Source: Lama guanicoe (taxonomy: Eukaryota). From it: a stretch of DNA of 64,000 bases. Below are positions 1 through 14,574 of this stretch, one piece after another. Position numbers and translations under genes: made by a program. The notes beneath the pieces are model-generated. The model did not search any database, had not been told where the DNA came from, and worked only from the letters and a program-made list of their open reading frames with translations. The stretch lies in assembly GCA_013239625.1 (NCBI GenBank), contig MU054098.1, positions 1,023,568-1,087,567 of the forward strand, given 5' to 3'. Every line of letters starts with the position of its first letter. Position 1 is the first letter of the stretch.

Positions 1-699
1 CCATTTTCATTGCAGTTTCCCCTACTAAAAAGCAAAAAGCAAACAGAAACAAAGAAATTCTCCTATTAACCAAAATCAGATACTAAAATGACCATTATCT
101 TTTATCATGAAATATGCACTTTTATCTACCTGATTATTTCTTGAGGTACCACAATATGCTTAAAGGATCAGAACTGAGAAGTCATTTTAATTCAAATACA
201 TTATCTGAAACAAACTGATCGTCTTTGTTTAAATGTGTATGCTTAAGTGTTGATGTCTAAATGTGCAGGTGTTATTTATTTTATAATTTCTATGTAGAAA
301 ATGATTTTTGCTTTTTATTTTTTCATCCAAATGAAAATATGTCTAATAGGACATTTATAGGGTTATAAGTGAATCTAATCAGAAAGGTGAAATCAATATT
401 ATGAATCTTATGTTCAGCTTCTTGTGCACTTACCAATGTACTACTTATTGTCTCCCTCAAGCCTCACACCCAATCCTACTTCCATCTTTACATTTGTTGT
501 CTACATTATATTTATGTCAAAACATAGCTTACTATTAATTATCCTTTGCCATTGGATCAAATGCTTTGCCTTCTTTATTTCTGTTTTAGAGAATTTCTTT
601 TTTTTCTAGAATTAATTATTTCAATGCCAATATTTAAGGGATGAAGTATTTAAAATGAAAATATTCAATGGAACAAAATAGTCTATAAATAGAACCATG

Positions 700-795
700 G
701 TTGGGTTTAATACTGAGCAAGGTATTAAATTGACCTAAGTTACAGTTTACTCATCAGTAAAGTGAAGATAATAGTACCTCTTTAAAAGGTCTTAA
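700..795 (+). mobile_element. MIR SINE fragment
   Basis: Decayed MIR core 'cagtttactcatcagtaaagtgaagataatagtacctc'. Confidence 0.6.
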
Positions 796-829
796 TGATT
801 GGGGTTTTCCCTTATGCTTCATAAGTATT

Positions 830-2740
830 CAAACTCATCTTATAAGGCCAGCATTACCCTGATATTAAAACCAGACAAGGATACTACAAGAAAATTATAG
901 GCCAATATCGCTAAAGAATTTAGATCAAAAAAATCCTCAACAAAATATTAGCAAACTGAATTCAACAATGCATTAAAAGGATGACACACCATGATCAAGT
1001 GGGATTTATTCCAAGGATGAAAGGATGGTTCAATACCTGCAAATCAGTCCATGTGATACACCACATTAACAAAGTAAAGACTAAAAAATCATATGACAAT
1101 CTCAATAGATGCAGAAAGAGCTTTTGACAAAATTCAACATCTATTTATGACAACAAAGTGGGTGTAGGTGGAACATACTTCAACATAATAAAGGCTACAT
1201 ATGACAAACTCACAGCTAATATCATACACAAAAGTGAAAAGCTAAAAGGTTTTCCTCTAAGATCAGGAATAGAACAAAGATTCCACTCTCATCACTCCTG
1301 TTCAAAATAGTACTGGAATTATTAGGCAGGTCAGTTTGAGAAGAAAAAGAAAGAAAAGGCATCCAAATCAGAATGGAAGAATTAAAACTATCTCTATTTG
1401 CACATGGCATATTATATAGAGAAAACCGTAAGACTCAACCAAAATGCTGTTTAAGCAATTTCAGTCAAGTTGCAGGATACAAAATCAGTATAAAAGTCAA
1501 TTTCATTTTATACATTGAAAACAAATAATCAGAAAGAGAAATTAAGAAAACATTTCCATTTACAGTTGCACCAAAAAGAATAAAATACCTAGGAACAAAT
1601 TTAACCAAGAAGGTGAAATATCTATATGCTAAAAATTATAAGGCATTGATGAAAGAAATTGAAGATGCCACAAATAAATGGAAAGCTATTTCCTGCTCAT
1701 AGATATCTTGGAGGAATTATATCTTGGAGGAATTAATATTATTAAACTGTCCATACTACTCAAAGCAAGCTAGATTCAATGCAATCCCTATTAAAATTCC
1801 AATGGCAGATACTACCTGATATTTATAGAATAAACAACAAGTTCATGCTGTATAGTGCAGGGAACCATATTAGATATCTTGTAGTAACTTATGGTGAAAA
1901 AGATTATGAAAGTGAATATATGTACATTCATGTATGACTGAAGCATTGTGCTGTACACCAGAAATTGATACAACATTGTAAACTGACTATACTTCAATAA
2001 AAAATATACATACGAAGAAAATTAAAATGAAATATAAAACATTCCAATGGCAACTTTCACAGAAATAGATCAAACAATCCTAAAATTTGTATGGACCCAC
2101 AAAAGACCCTAAATAGCCAAAGCAATCTTGAGTAAAGAATAGCAAAGCTGTAGGCATCACATGTCCTGATTTCAAACTATATTATAAAGCTGTACTCAAA
2201 GCAGTATAGTATTGGCATAAAAACAGACACAAAGATCAGTGGAATAGAATAGAGAGCTCAGAAATAAACCCATGCGTATATGGTCAATTCATTTACAACA
2301 GAGATGCCAAAAATGTGCAATAGGGAAAGGATATTCTCTTCAATCATTGATGCCGAAAAAGCTGGACAGCCACATACAAAAGAATACATTGGACTCTTGT
2401 TTTACACCATACACAAAAACCAGCTCAACGTTGATTTGACTTAAACCATAAGGCCTGAATCCATAAAATTCCTAGGAAAAAACATACTGCATAAGCTCCT
2501 CGGCATAGGTGTTAGGGATGATTTCCGGGATTTGACACCAAAAGGAAAGGCAACAAAAGCAAATATAAAGAGTAGGACTACATTAAATTGAAAAACTTTT
2601 GCACAACTAAGAAATCCATCAAAAAATGAAAAGGCAAACTTTGGAATGGGATAATATATTTTCAAATCATATATTTGCTAAGGGGTTAATATCCAAAATA
2701 TTTAAAGAGCTCATTCCACTCAATAAACAATAAAACAGTA
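830..2740 (+). mobile_element. Old LINE-1 ORF2 fragment (RT to C-terminal region), heavily disabled, interrupted at 1808-2040
   Basis: ORF2 motifs such as 'caccatgatcaagtgggatttattcca' (HHDQVGFIP) and 'atctcaatagatgcagaa' (ISIDAE); aligns by eye with L1 copies at 9.0-10.6 kb and 16.2-17.7 kb. Confidence 0.92.
1808..2040 (+). mobile_element. Short 5'-truncated younger L1 3'UTR nested in the older L1
   Basis: Matches the 3'UTR at 18430-18620; ends 'cttcaataaaaaa' plus A-rich tail; TSD attccaatggca at 1796-1807 and 2041-2052. Confidence 0.92.
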
Positions 2741-2967
2741 TAATTTATACAACTTACTAATAAATAAAAGAAAAAGACTGATATCTTAGAATAAGGAGCA
2801 GAGGCTATGAAAGGTAATTCAATAAAAGAAGCTAGGAATGACCAAGTGACAAGGTGCTTTAGACTTTATTTAGTAATCAGGGCATCTGTTGAATCCTGAA
2901 TTCTGCTCACTCTACCTTGTCTTTCATGTAGCGATGGCCACAAGGGAGGAAATGTGAGTTCTTTAAT

Positions 2968-3413
2968 TATACTGGGCTAAATTGTGTGCCCTCCAAAAGA
3001 TATATTCATATCATAATTCCCAGAACCTTTGATTATTACCTTATTTGGGGAGAGAATTAATTAATTTAAGGATCTTGAGAAGAGGACCTTATCCTAGATT
3101 ATTGGGGCTGACCCTAAATGCAGTCAACTGTATACTTATAAGAGAGAGGTAAAGTTTTGACACATACACAGAAGAAAAGGCACTGTTAACAAGGAACCAG
3201 AGATTGGGACAATGCAACAAACAAGCCAAGAAATGCCAAGCAATGCTAGTCACCAGATGTGACAGGCGATATCTAACAGACTCTTTCCCACAGCCCTACC
3301 AACACCATGATTTCAGATTTCTCATCTCAAGAATGGTGAGAGAATTGATTGTTGCTGCTTTAAGCCACCAAGTTTATAGCAATTTATTATGACAGTCTCA
3401 GGAAACTAATACA
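2968..3413 (+). mobile_element. MaLR solo LTR (MLT1-type)
   Basis: Start 'gggctaaattgtgtgccctccaaaagatat' and end 'ttaagccaccaagtttatagcaatttattatgacagtctcaggaaactaataca' are typical MLT1 termini. Confidence 0.85.
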
Positions 3414-3539
3414 TTTCATTTGGTTTATCTAATCTGGTCAAAGCAATACAAAGGATGGGCAGGTGCTATAATGTTCCTTAAATACAACACAATTTATTTC
3501 TCTTTTCCTCAATACCACCCATCCAAAAACAATTATTTC

Positions 3540-3990
3540 TCCCTCATTTTGGAAAAAAATTAAAGATTGATAATATCCAATATTAGCAAAATGTGAGACA
3601 AAGATATACCTCATACATTCATCATCAGAGTATAAATTAGTACAGAGTATAAACATTCTAAGGTTTTGGAGAGTGAATGTCAATGCCTATTGAATTTTAG
3701 AGTATGCACAGAAACTCCACTTCTAAGTCTATTTGTAATAATATTTGCATTCTTCACAATGAAGCCCTTATAAGAATATTCATTGTAGCATTATTTGATA
3801 AAGAGGAAAACATATTTACCTAAATGTCCAGTAAAAGGAAAATAGGTAAATCAAATATGGTTTAGAATACTATGTCCTGGTTTAAAAAGAACATAGTAGA
3901 TGTATATAACTGACATGAAATGATCTGTAAAATATATTTTTATATTAAAAAGAAAATCAGAGCATATTAGGTATAGTCTGATAAATATAT
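3540..3990 (+). mobile_element. Ancient L1 (L1ME-like) ORF2 end/3'UTR fragment
   Basis: 'aatattcattgtagcattatttgata...acctaaatgtccagtaaaaggaaaataggtaaat' resembles the L1 ORF2 C-terminus. Confidence 0.6.
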
Positions 3991-4009
3991 TCATAAAAGG
4001 AAATATTTT

Positions 4010-5150
4010 GAATCTATCTGCAATACCAATATTCCCATCCTGGTCCAATCTACCATCTTCTCTCACCTGTACTATTGCATTGCTCCCTGCCTTCACTCTT
4101 GCCCCTCCTTCAGTACATGGTCTACACGTAGCTTAAAGAATGTTTGCAACATGTAAAATTACATGTCACCCCCACTTAATACCTTCCCATGGACTCCCTT
4201 TTCTCTTGGTGAAATAAAGAAATAAGCCAACTTTCTTTACCATGGCCCTAAAAACCCTGTATGATCTGGTTCTTGCCTGTCTCTGAAACCTTGTTTCATA
4301 CCATACTTTCCTGCAGAATAGGATCTCCCCTCTAATCATGGGTCTTTTCTAATTCTAGGCCTTTATACTTGCTGGTCATTCTGCCTAGAATAAGCTTTCC
4401 CTAATGTCTGGCTCATTCTCATCACTAAAGTCTCAGCTCAGTTTCCCCTCTTCAGAGAGGCTAATTTAGACTGTATGAGGCAGTGATGAACACACTCCTC
4501 AGATCTCCAACTTCAGTGAAATTCATCTGTTTTTCTCCATATTCCACCACTGTGACATCATCAACACATTGGCACCAAGGTCACGCTTCCCATGTGCTAC
4601 TCCCAGCCAATGCCTGGATGTAACAAGGATGCCAACTCAGGCTCCTTCCTAGGAATTACAGTACTCTTCTGGGAGGCAACTTTGACTTGAAGACATCCCA
4701 TCAGTCAAAACATTAGTAGAATTTCAGTCCTACAACTTTCTCTCCTTACCCCTCTTCCTCACAGAACTCAGAGCTGCAATGACATCACCATCAGGGGTCT
4801 CTGAGCCTGCTCTGACTCTATACATTTTCTCTCACAGATCTTTTCCCAATAAACTTCTTACACCTCTCAACTCATGTTGGTGTCTGTTTGTCAGAGGACT
4901 AAGCCTAACACATCATATCTAAAGTGGCCTCCTCTAGTCAGTATCTCATTCCCCTGTTTATTTCCTTCAAAGTAATAATGTATCCTGTAATTCTTACTTG
5001 TGTATTCATCCATTGCTGTCCTCCCCATTCCACTGTAATCTCCATAAAGACTTTATTTTTCTTACTTATCCTGTGTCCCCAGCATAGGGTGTGGCACTAA
5101 TCAGATATTCAACAGGTAACTGTTGAGTTAAATCTATTCATGAATTATTG
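4010..5150 (+). mobile_element. L2 LINE 3' region, interrupted by an LTR at about 4472-4912
   Basis: 'cctggtccaatctaccatcttctctcacctgtactattgca', 'gtctcagctca' and a decayed terminus 'attcaacaggtaactgttgagttaaat'. Confidence 0.75.
4472..4912 (+). mobile_element. ERVL-type solo LTR (LTR16-like)
   Basis: TG...CA bounded; AATAAA near 4848 followed by 'catgttggtgtctgtttgtcagaggactaagcctaacaca'; splits the L2. Confidence 0.65.
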
Positions 5151-6649
5151 AGTGAAAAAAGTATATAGACTAAGGTTTTAATAGTTGCTACTGTAGTGAG
5201 GAGCGTAAACAAGCTATAGTATTAAAAGAGAAATTTCAAGTTTTACTCTGTATACTTAAATTTTTAGCAAATGTGCATTTCTTATATAATTTGAAACTTT
5301 GATGAAATTAAAATAAAATAGTAAAATAGGTAAAAATGTTAATAACACATCAAAACAATTCAAACTGAATTACAAGTATAAACCAAAATAACTCATTTTT
5401 CACTCAAATTTCTGATAGTTGAATGAAATGTAATGAAATTTTAAAACATTATAAACATCTATAAAATCCCTTTATCTAATGACAGTAAAATAACCTGCAT
5501 TCTTGCTTCACAAATCCACAATCAAAAGAGAGAAGAGGTAATGAATAGAATATGTGAGGCAAGGAAGAGAAATGTTTTCAGGGTCACTGTGTGACGAGAT
5601 ACAAAATAGCGCCTAGACTTCTCTAATCCTCATTTTCAGTCCTATGATGACTGGAGTAAAGCTTCCCCCCAAAATTAATGATAGATCTTAAGAAAGGCAA
5701 GTCGTCAGGTGAACACAAGGACATTATTCTAAATATGCAGCTACACAGCATTAAATGAGGTTATACAACTTCAGCAAAAGAACAGACTAGGTAGGAAAAG
5801 GGTGTCTGTCTAACCAAATCAATTCTATTGAATTCCTACTATGTGTCAAGTGTTGAGTTAGAAAATTTGGATAATGAGGAAAGAAAGCCAGAGCTCTTAA
5901 ACTTATAGAACTTACTTTAATGGAGAAGTTTGGTATAAATGAAAACACATAAATATCTAATGATAAATACAGTAAGTGTCACCGGGTGTAATAAGTACAA
6001 TAGCCGGATGCTCCGAGGGCAGTGATAGTAGATAGGAAAAATGCCACTTGCATTCATTGTGGAGACTGGAGAGTAAAGTGGTGGGAGCCAAAGCTAGAGA
6101 AAGAGGCCAAGGCCGGATATGAAGGGGACTTGGATAACTTTCTAAGTAATTTGGAATTTTTCTTAGGTCTCCTAATGTTTGATTGTGCTTCCCAATCAGT
6201 TAAAAAATAACTGAACATGGACATTCAATGAATGTATATTCTCATGTACTTATGGATTATAACAATGAATGTTATATACATTATAAAGCATGTTAAATAA
6301 AATTGCTAAGATGGGGTAAAATTAATATAAAAAGAAACTATGTTCCCTAAAATAGCATAAATAGTCTTGTTCACCACTTTGGATAATGGGTATTAAGAAG
6401 GAGAGTAATCACATTTTTGTCTTAAAGATTACTGATGGCAGTGTGGATAGAAGATTGCAACTACTAATATAGGAACTTGAGGACCAACTTTGATTCTATT
6501 GCACTTGTGATGATGAGTGATTAGAATAACATGATTTTTAAGGAAATAAAATATTGGGGTTAGATTTCAGAGATATTTACTAGTAGAATAGATGTGAGTA
6601 TTTTATTATTGATATGCTTCCATCTACTCAATTTTTCTCCTGCATAAAA

Positions 6650-6880
6650 TAATATAGTACAGTGGTTAGTGCATAAACTACTTCTATTCAAATCCTACCT
6701 TTCCTACTTAAAAATTCTTTGACCCTGAGAATTTTGCTTAACTGCTCTTTGCTTCAGTTTTCTTACCTATACAATAAATATTAATAGTACCTGCTTGGTA
6801 CGGTGTTTTGTTTTGTTTTGAAGTTCAAATTAGTACATATAAATCCCTTAGGAAGAATGTCTGGCAAATCTCAAGTGCTG
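6650..6880 (+). mobile_element. MIR SINE
   Basis: 'ttcaaatcctacctttcctactta...gcttcagttttcttacctatacaataaatattaatagtacct'. Confidence 0.75.
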
Positions 6881-8253
6881 ATCAGGACTCCTGGATCTTT
6901 CGTCTAAATCTTATCTTTTCCTTCTTTATTTCCATCTCTTTATGTTTTGTTCTACATTATATTTTTCACTTAATCTTCTAGATAATTAAATATTTCAGCA
7001 GTGATTCTTTATTAAATTTCAACAATCAAGAAAGAATAAGGGTTTTAAAAATATTTTCATAAAGTCTATTTTATATAGTTCTAACTGTATTATCATTGAG
7101 AATCCTCCTCCACTTCCTCCTCCTCCTTCTATCTTTTGTAAATGGGATACAATTGTTCTCCATACTTAGATTGATTTTTATCCTTCATGTCACTCAGTTA
7201 TTTTAACTGAGTTATTTTTTGCCATCTCCTCATGATTGGACTTTCATAAAATCATACATTACAGTTCCTTGATATGCAGTAAAACCAAGGAATGATGGAA
7301 GTATCTGCTGATTTTCCCCATCTACTAAAATGCACAGAGAATGCCTCTTTACTCTCAAGTCTACCCATTTCTCCGACAACTGCAGGGACTGTAAACAGTT
7401 CAGATCACCATTGCATCAGCTTTTCAGGACCACTGATGTTCAGCAGAACCTGCAAGCATTATAGGGAATTATGAAGCAAGGCAGCAGATGTTCCTCTTTC
7501 TGATGGATTTCTGCCAAATGGGCTTCCTCAGATAGCTATGGAATCTAGTCTTTCCTTTATTCAATAAGCTGTAAGCCTTTGATTCTGCTGCAGGGGTCCC
7601 TTGACTCCTGTACAATATGAAGGAAAATGAAGTGTTATTCTTGGAGAATGAAGTTCTCTTCTGCAAGAGATCTTAAAAGACTTAAAAACATTTTCTAGTC
7701 TATGTCAACATGTCTGCCCTGATTGTTATGTTACTACAGAGAAGAAACTGGGAGACTTCAAGCCACTAGGTACTTAGAATCCACCATTCAAGACAAATAC
7801 ACACACTTTGTACTTCATACACTTCTATATGTTAAAATTATATATTTTCAAAAGCATTATGTATTATTAAAGAATGTAAATGATATATTTTTAAATGCTT
7901 TAAAGGCTATGTGGGAAAATGAGGACAGCTACTAGAGATTACCTTTTTAGAAATATGGCAGCCAAGAAAGGAAAGAAAATAGGTTTAAAAAGAAAAAAAA
8001 TTTTAGAGATGCTTTGCCTGCTATGTTATTTCTTTTAAAAGATGGAATAGCCTTGAGCATGTTTACATATTAAGGTGCAAGGACTGTGAACAGAAAGATG
8101 TTGAAGAAACAGAAGAGAGATGATAATATAGATCTTTCTAACCTAATCAGGATGCTTGAATTATAACTATAGTCTAACAACTGGCTGTTTGACATGTTTT
8201 TGTTTCATCTTTTTTTTTTTTTTGGTTGAAGGTTCTCTTTAAATTCCCAGGTC

Positions 8254-11200
8254 TTAGAAATTAACTACAAGAAAAAAAAATGTAAAAAACCAAACATGTG
8301 GAGGCTAAACAACCAATGGATCCCTGAGGAAATGAAAGAGGAAATCAAAAAATACCTGGAGACAAAAACAAAAACACAATGATCAAAAACCTATGGGACA
8401 TAGCAAAAGTAATTCTAAGAGGCAAGTTTATAATGATACAAACTTACCTCAGGAAACAAGAAAAATCTCAAACAATCTAACTTTACACTAAAGGAACTAA
8501 AAAGGAAGAACAAACAAAACTGAAAGTAGTAGAAGGAAAGAAATCATAACGATCATATAGGAAATAGAGACTAAAAAAACAGAAAAGATCAATGAAACAA
8601 AACCTGGTTCTTTGAAAAGATAAATAAAATTGATAAACTTTTAGCCAGACTCACCAAGAAAAAAAGGGAGAGGGCCCAAATCAATAAAATCAGAAATGAA
8701 AAAGGAAAAGTTACAATCAACACCACAAAGGATCATGAGACTACTACAACTATATGCCAATAAAATGGACAACCTAGAAGAAACTGACAAATTCTTAGAA
8801 AGGTATAATCTCCCAAGACTAAACCAGGAAGAAATAAAAAATATGAACAGACCAGTTACCAGTACTGAAATTGAATCAGAACTTAAAAACTCCCAACAAA
8901 CAAAAGTACAGGACCAGATGGCTTTACAGATGAATTCTACCAAACATTTACAGAATAGGTAACACCTATCAGAAACCATTCCAAAAAATTTCAGAGGAAG
9001 GAACACTTTGGAACTCATTCTATGAGGCCACCATCATCCTGAAGCCAAAACCAGAAAAGATACCACAAAAAAAGATAATTACAGTCCAATATCATTCATG
9101 AACATAAATGTTCTAGCAAAATACTAGCAAAACAACTCCAATAATACATTAAAAGGTTTATACACAATGATCAAGTCGGATTTATCACAGGGATGCAAGA
9201 ATCTTTCAATATCTGCAAATCAGTGTGATATACCATATTAACAAATTGAAGAATAAAAACCACATGATCATCTCAATAGATGCAGAAAAAGCTTTTGATA
9301 AAATTCAACATCCATTTATAATAAAAACTCTCCAGAAAGTGGGAACATACCTCAACATATTAAAGGCCATACATGACAAACGCACAGCTAACATCATACT
9401 CAAAAGTGAAAAGCTGAAAGCATTTATTCTAAGATCAGGAACAAGACAAGGATGCCCACTCTCACTACTTTTATTCAATATAGTTTTGGAAGTCCTAGCC
9501 ACAACAATCAGAGAAGAAAAAGAAATAAAATGGATCCAAATTGGAAAAGATGAAGTAAATCTGTCACTGTTTGCAGATGACATGATACTACTATACATAG
9601 AAAATCCTAAAGACACTACTAGAAAATGACCAGAGCTCATCACTGAATTCAGCAAAGTTGTAGGATAAAAAATTAAGATACAGAAATCTGTTTTCTATAC
9701 ACCATAATGAAATATCAGATAAATTAAGAAAATAATCCAATTTATCATTGCATCAAAAAGAATAAAATACCTAGGGATGAACCTACCTAAGGAGGCAAAA
9801 AACCTATACTCCAAAAAATATGATGCTGACAAAAGAAAATGGAAAGGATGAAAAACAGATGGAAAGATATACCATGTTCTTGGAGTGGAAGCATCAGTAT
9901 TGTTAAAATGACAATACTACCCAAGGCAATTTACAGTTACAATGCAATCCCTATCAAATTACCTATGGCATTTTTCACAGAATTAGAACAAAAAATTTTA
10001 AATTTGTATGGAAACACAAAGGACACCAAATAGCCAAAACAATCTTGAGAAAGAACAGAGATGGGGGAATTATGCTGCCTGACTTCAGACCATACTACAA
10101 AGCTACAGTAATCAAAACAGTAATGGTACTGGCACAAAAACAGACAGAGATCAATGGAATAGGATAGAAAGCCCAGAAATAAACCTATACACTTATGATC
10201 AATTAATCTACACAAAGGAGGCAGCAATATATAATGGAGAAAAGACAGTCTCTTCAATAATTGGTGCTGGGAAAACTGGACAGCTACATATAAAAGAATG
10301 AAATTAGAACATTCTCTAACACCATATAGTTAAAAAAAACTCAAAATGAATTAAAGACCTAAATGTAAAGCTGGATAATATAAAACTTCTAGAGAAAAAC
10401 ATAGGCAGAACACTCTTCAACATAAATCGTGGCAATAATTTTTTGAATCCATCTCCTAGAGTAAAGGAAGTAAAAACAGAAATAAACAAATGGGGCCTAA
10501 TTAAACTTAAAAGCTTTTGCATAGCAAAGGAAACCATAAACAAAATGAAAAGACAACTTACATATGGATTGGGAAAAATATTTGCAAATGATACTATGGA
10601 CAAGGGACTGATTTCCATCATATACAAACAGCTCATACAGCTTAATATCAAAAAAACCCAATCAAAAAATGGGCAGAAGACATAAATAGACATTCTCCAA
10701 AGAAGACATACAGATGGCCAGCAGGCACATGAAAAGATGCTCAACATCGCTAATTATTAGAGAAATGCAAGTCAAAACTACCCTGAGGTATCACTTCACA
10801 CTAGTCAGAATGGCCATCATCAGAAAGCCTATAAATAATAAATACTGGAGAAATTGTGGAAAAAAGAGAACCCTCCTTATTACTGGGAATGTAAATTGGT
10901 GCAGCAACTATGGAGAACAGTTTGTAGGTTCCTTAAAAAACTAAAAACAGAGTTAGCATATGACCCAGCAACCCTACTCCTGGGCATATATCCAGAGAAA
11001 ATGCTAGCTAGAAAATACACATGCACCCCAATGTTGAAAGCAGCATTATTTACAATAGCCAAGTCATGGAAACAATATGTGTCCATGGACAGATGAATGG
11101 ATAAAGAATATGAGGTGTATATATATAGTGGAATATTACTCAGCCATAAAAAGATTGAAACCATGCCATTTGCAGCAACATGGATGGATTTAGAGATTAT

Positions 11201-11590
11201 CATATTAAGTGAACTAAGTCAAAGACCAATATCATATAACATCATTTATATGTGGAATCTAAAACAAGATACAGATGAACTTATTTACAAATCAGAAATA
11301 GACTCACAGACATAGAAAACAAACTTATGGTTACTAAAGGGGAAAGGGTTGAGGGAGGGATAAAACAGGAGTCTGGGATTAACATACATACACTACTATA
11401 TATAAAATGGACAAACAACAAAGATCTATTGTATAGCACAGGGAACTATATTTAATATGTTGTTATAAACTATAATGGAAAAGAGTCTGAAAAAGAATGC
11501 TATATATATCACTGAATCTATTTGCTATACACCTGAGACTAACAACATTGTAAATCAACTATACTTCAATTAAAGAAAAAAACAAAAACA
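8254..11590 (+). mobile_element. 5'-truncated LINE-1 (end of EN domain to 3'UTR and A tail); ORF2 pseudogenised
   Basis: ORFs 8696-8962, 9225-9629 (contains SLFADDM), 10443-10685 and 10854-11315 translate to L1 ORF2p; A-rich tail 11572-11590; probable TSD aaattcccaggtc (8241-8253) / aaattcccaaatc (11591-11603). Confidence 0.97.
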
Positions 11591-11899
11591 AAATTCCCAA
11601 ATCAACCGTGATTTCCTAGTAAATGTATTCTAGTTAGAAGTTTCCAACATATCTGAATCATAATAGGTATGTGGAAAATGAGATTTGTGTTCAAATAAAT
11701 ATTTTGAGCAAATTTTATAAGGCTTTTTTTTTTTCAGTAGAACTTTTTGCTTTGATACATTCAATGAAAAAACTACTCTCAGTCCTTCATGAAGTTGTTT
11801 GATGGAGTTCTGTAAATCTGCCAAACCTGATCATCTTAGGAAGTTATGATCAGGTTACACACAGGGAAAACGTTCAAATCACTAAGTTCTTGTCAGTTT

Positions 11900-12315
11900 T
11901 TTGTATCAATCAGCTAGAAATAACAAAATCTCAGTGGTATATAATAATAAACCTTATTTCTTTCACATTTGCATATCAACTTATCTAGGCTGGTTCAATG
12001 GTTGCAACAGGGTAGATCATTTTCCATATCTTTCTCATCTTCCTTGGGAACAAGTGACCTAATTGGAGCATAGTTTTCCCATGGCAATAACATACACTAA
12101 GGAGGGCATAACCAATTTTATGAACACAATTCAAGCACCTGTTTTGTATTCTATTCACTCACATCCCATTGGCCAAAACAAGTCATATGACCAAGTCCAT
12201 AGTTAAGACGCTGAGAAGTATATGCACCTTTTTGTGGAGGAACTGCAAAGTTACATAGAAGAGGGTGAGGCTACAAGGTGTGAGGAAGAATTGAGGCTAG
12301 TAATTCAACCTACTA
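11900..12315 (-). mobile_element. Old MaLR LTR (MLT1J/K-like)
   Basis: 'acatcccattggccaaaacaagtcatatgaccaagtcca' and 'ggaggaactgcaaagttacat' match recalled reverse-strand MLT1 motifs. Confidence 0.7.
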
Positions 12316-12429
12316 GCGTTCTTTAAATGACCATTTTGAATGATGCTTCATGAAGGCATCAGGACACCTCAGTTTGCTGCATTTCTAATGTAGGTTCTAT
12401 TGACATTTTACATGATACAATCTTTCCTG

Positions 12430-12540
12430 TTATCAGGTTTTAGCATTGTTGGCTTTCACCTACTTAATACCAGTAAGCATCCGGACAAACTTTTCCAAAT
12501 ATTCTCTAGGGCATCAATAACATCCCTAGTTGAGAAACAG
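12430..12540 (+). mobile_element. hAT-Charlie (MER20-like) fragment
   Basis: 'agcattgttggctttcacctacttaataccagtaagca...ccctagttgagaaac' resembles the MER20 3' half and terminus. Confidence 0.55.
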
Positions 12541-13949
12541 ACGTGGAATCTACTTTTTAGTAATTGTATGACCTTTGGCACAAAATTCATCATCTCAGTT
12601 TTCTCAGTCATAAGGAAGAGGTTAGAATTAACAAACTCTTAGGTTCTGTTTCAGTGTTAACATTTGATGAGTTGAAATACTAAATGAGAAAATAAATAGA
12701 AAATAGAGGCAACTAGGATGAATGTGTCTGAAAGCCAGAATATATGGTCCAGACCATCTCTTCTAACTCCAAATCATCCTGGGAGTGTACGGTTCCCTTC
12801 TCATACTTTGGGATGACAGTAACAACCTACAGAATGTTAGAGGAAAGCAATTAGAATGGTTGTTGAGGCCTGACAAACATGTCACAGTAAAAACTTTTGA
12901 TCCAACTGGGCTTATTTAGTCAGGAAATAAAGAATGAACTTGGCTAGAAAGAGTTGGAGCATGAGGATGAGAGCTCAATAACTGTTTCATTTGTTCATTA
13001 AACATATCATTATTGAGCGCCAGGTATGTGCTAGATGTGATGTTGGGCCTTTTGAAATTTATCAAGTAAAACTGACAATATGTATTCTCAAGGGGGGCAG
13101 AGCTAGAGGCATTGAGTGAAATGATAGGTAAATAACTTTTGGCTTAACATAGGAAAAAAGGACATAATTATTAGGTAGTCTGAAAAAGAATGGGTGAATC
13201 AGGAGTCATTGAGGTTCCCATTATTGGAGGTATTCAGCTATTTGGAGATTAAGAAATTAATCTCATTCATCTTTGAATCCCTGGTAACTTAGCATATGCT
13301 GGGCACAGGGTAGGTGTTAGGAGTTTGCTGAATAAACAAATATATCAAATGGATGACAGAAATTATTATTTCTAAACTTACCCAACTCAAAGATTTAGTG
13401 ACTTTAAGAAAACATGGAATCCCATAAAGTCACAGTTTCTGTCCTTTTCTCACCTCATAAAGTTTCCCTCATAAAGTATATTAAGAGGAAGTATATCTTC
13501 AAAATAAGTCTGAGGACAATATGGAAGAAAAAACAAACTTATCCATGGGTAGCCATATGAGTGTATATAAGCAGCACTGGGTTTTGCTTGGTGATGTCTG
13601 GGTCGGGGCTGACACTATTCATGTAATTCACCATTGCCCTTTGCATAGCACCATTCCCTTTTGCATAGTATTTAGGAAGCACTAAGATAAGTTTTCTAGG
13701 GAAGGAATCCTAATTCTCTATTTTCTTCATTACTGTTGAATTAATACAGCAGACTGTATCTCACCATCACCTTCCTTCAAACAAACAAAACAAAATGGAG
13801 GTGTAATATCAGAAGAAAACGAGTCAATTACAGGCTACAGTTAGATTTTAGTTAATCGATATTTTTTCTTACTAAAAATGTAGGAAAAAGATGTTCTTAT
13901 TGATTGGAAGTGAACAGTTGCCAGATATAAGCAAATGAGTGGGAACACA

Positions 13950-14271
13950 TTTTTTAAACAATTTTTCATTGAGTTATAGTCATTTTACAATGTTGCATCA
14001 AACTCCAGTGTAGAGCACAATTTTTCAGTTATACATGAACATACCAATATTCATTGTCACATTTTTTTCCACTGTGAGCTACCACAACATCTTGTATATA
14101 TTTCCCTGTGCTATACCGTATAATCTTGTTTATCTATTCTACATATGCCTGTCAGTATCTACAAATTTTGAAATCCCAGTCTGTCCCTTCCCACCCCCAG
14201 CTCCCTTGGCAACCACAAGTTTGTATTCTAAGTCTATGAGTCTGTTTCTGTTTTGTATTTATGTTCATTTG
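13950..14271 (-). mobile_element. Young-subfamily L1 3'UTR fragment
   Basis: T-rich tail on the left; same sequence family as 31234-31335 and the reverse complement of 34751-34827; no TSD found. Confidence 0.9.
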
Positions 14272-14574
14272 AATCACCCACATCTCCCCAAAGAAAATCT
14301 CAGTTAGAATGGCCCTTCTTGATACCACTTGATCATTGAAATATATCTTGTATTTCCACAACATAATGATTTTAGTGCCAAAACAAGAAATGAAGTCTAA
14401 AAATAATCTCTTGTCAAATTATCTGTTGCCATTTGAAGTTAGGGCTGAGTCAGAATTATACTGAAATTAAAAGATAAGTCCTGGGTTTTAAGTCATCTCA
14501 ATTTATGTCATTTATTAAGCACTTACCACACTAGAAATGTGCACATGCTGTAGGCAATGAAAAAGAGGATGGCA

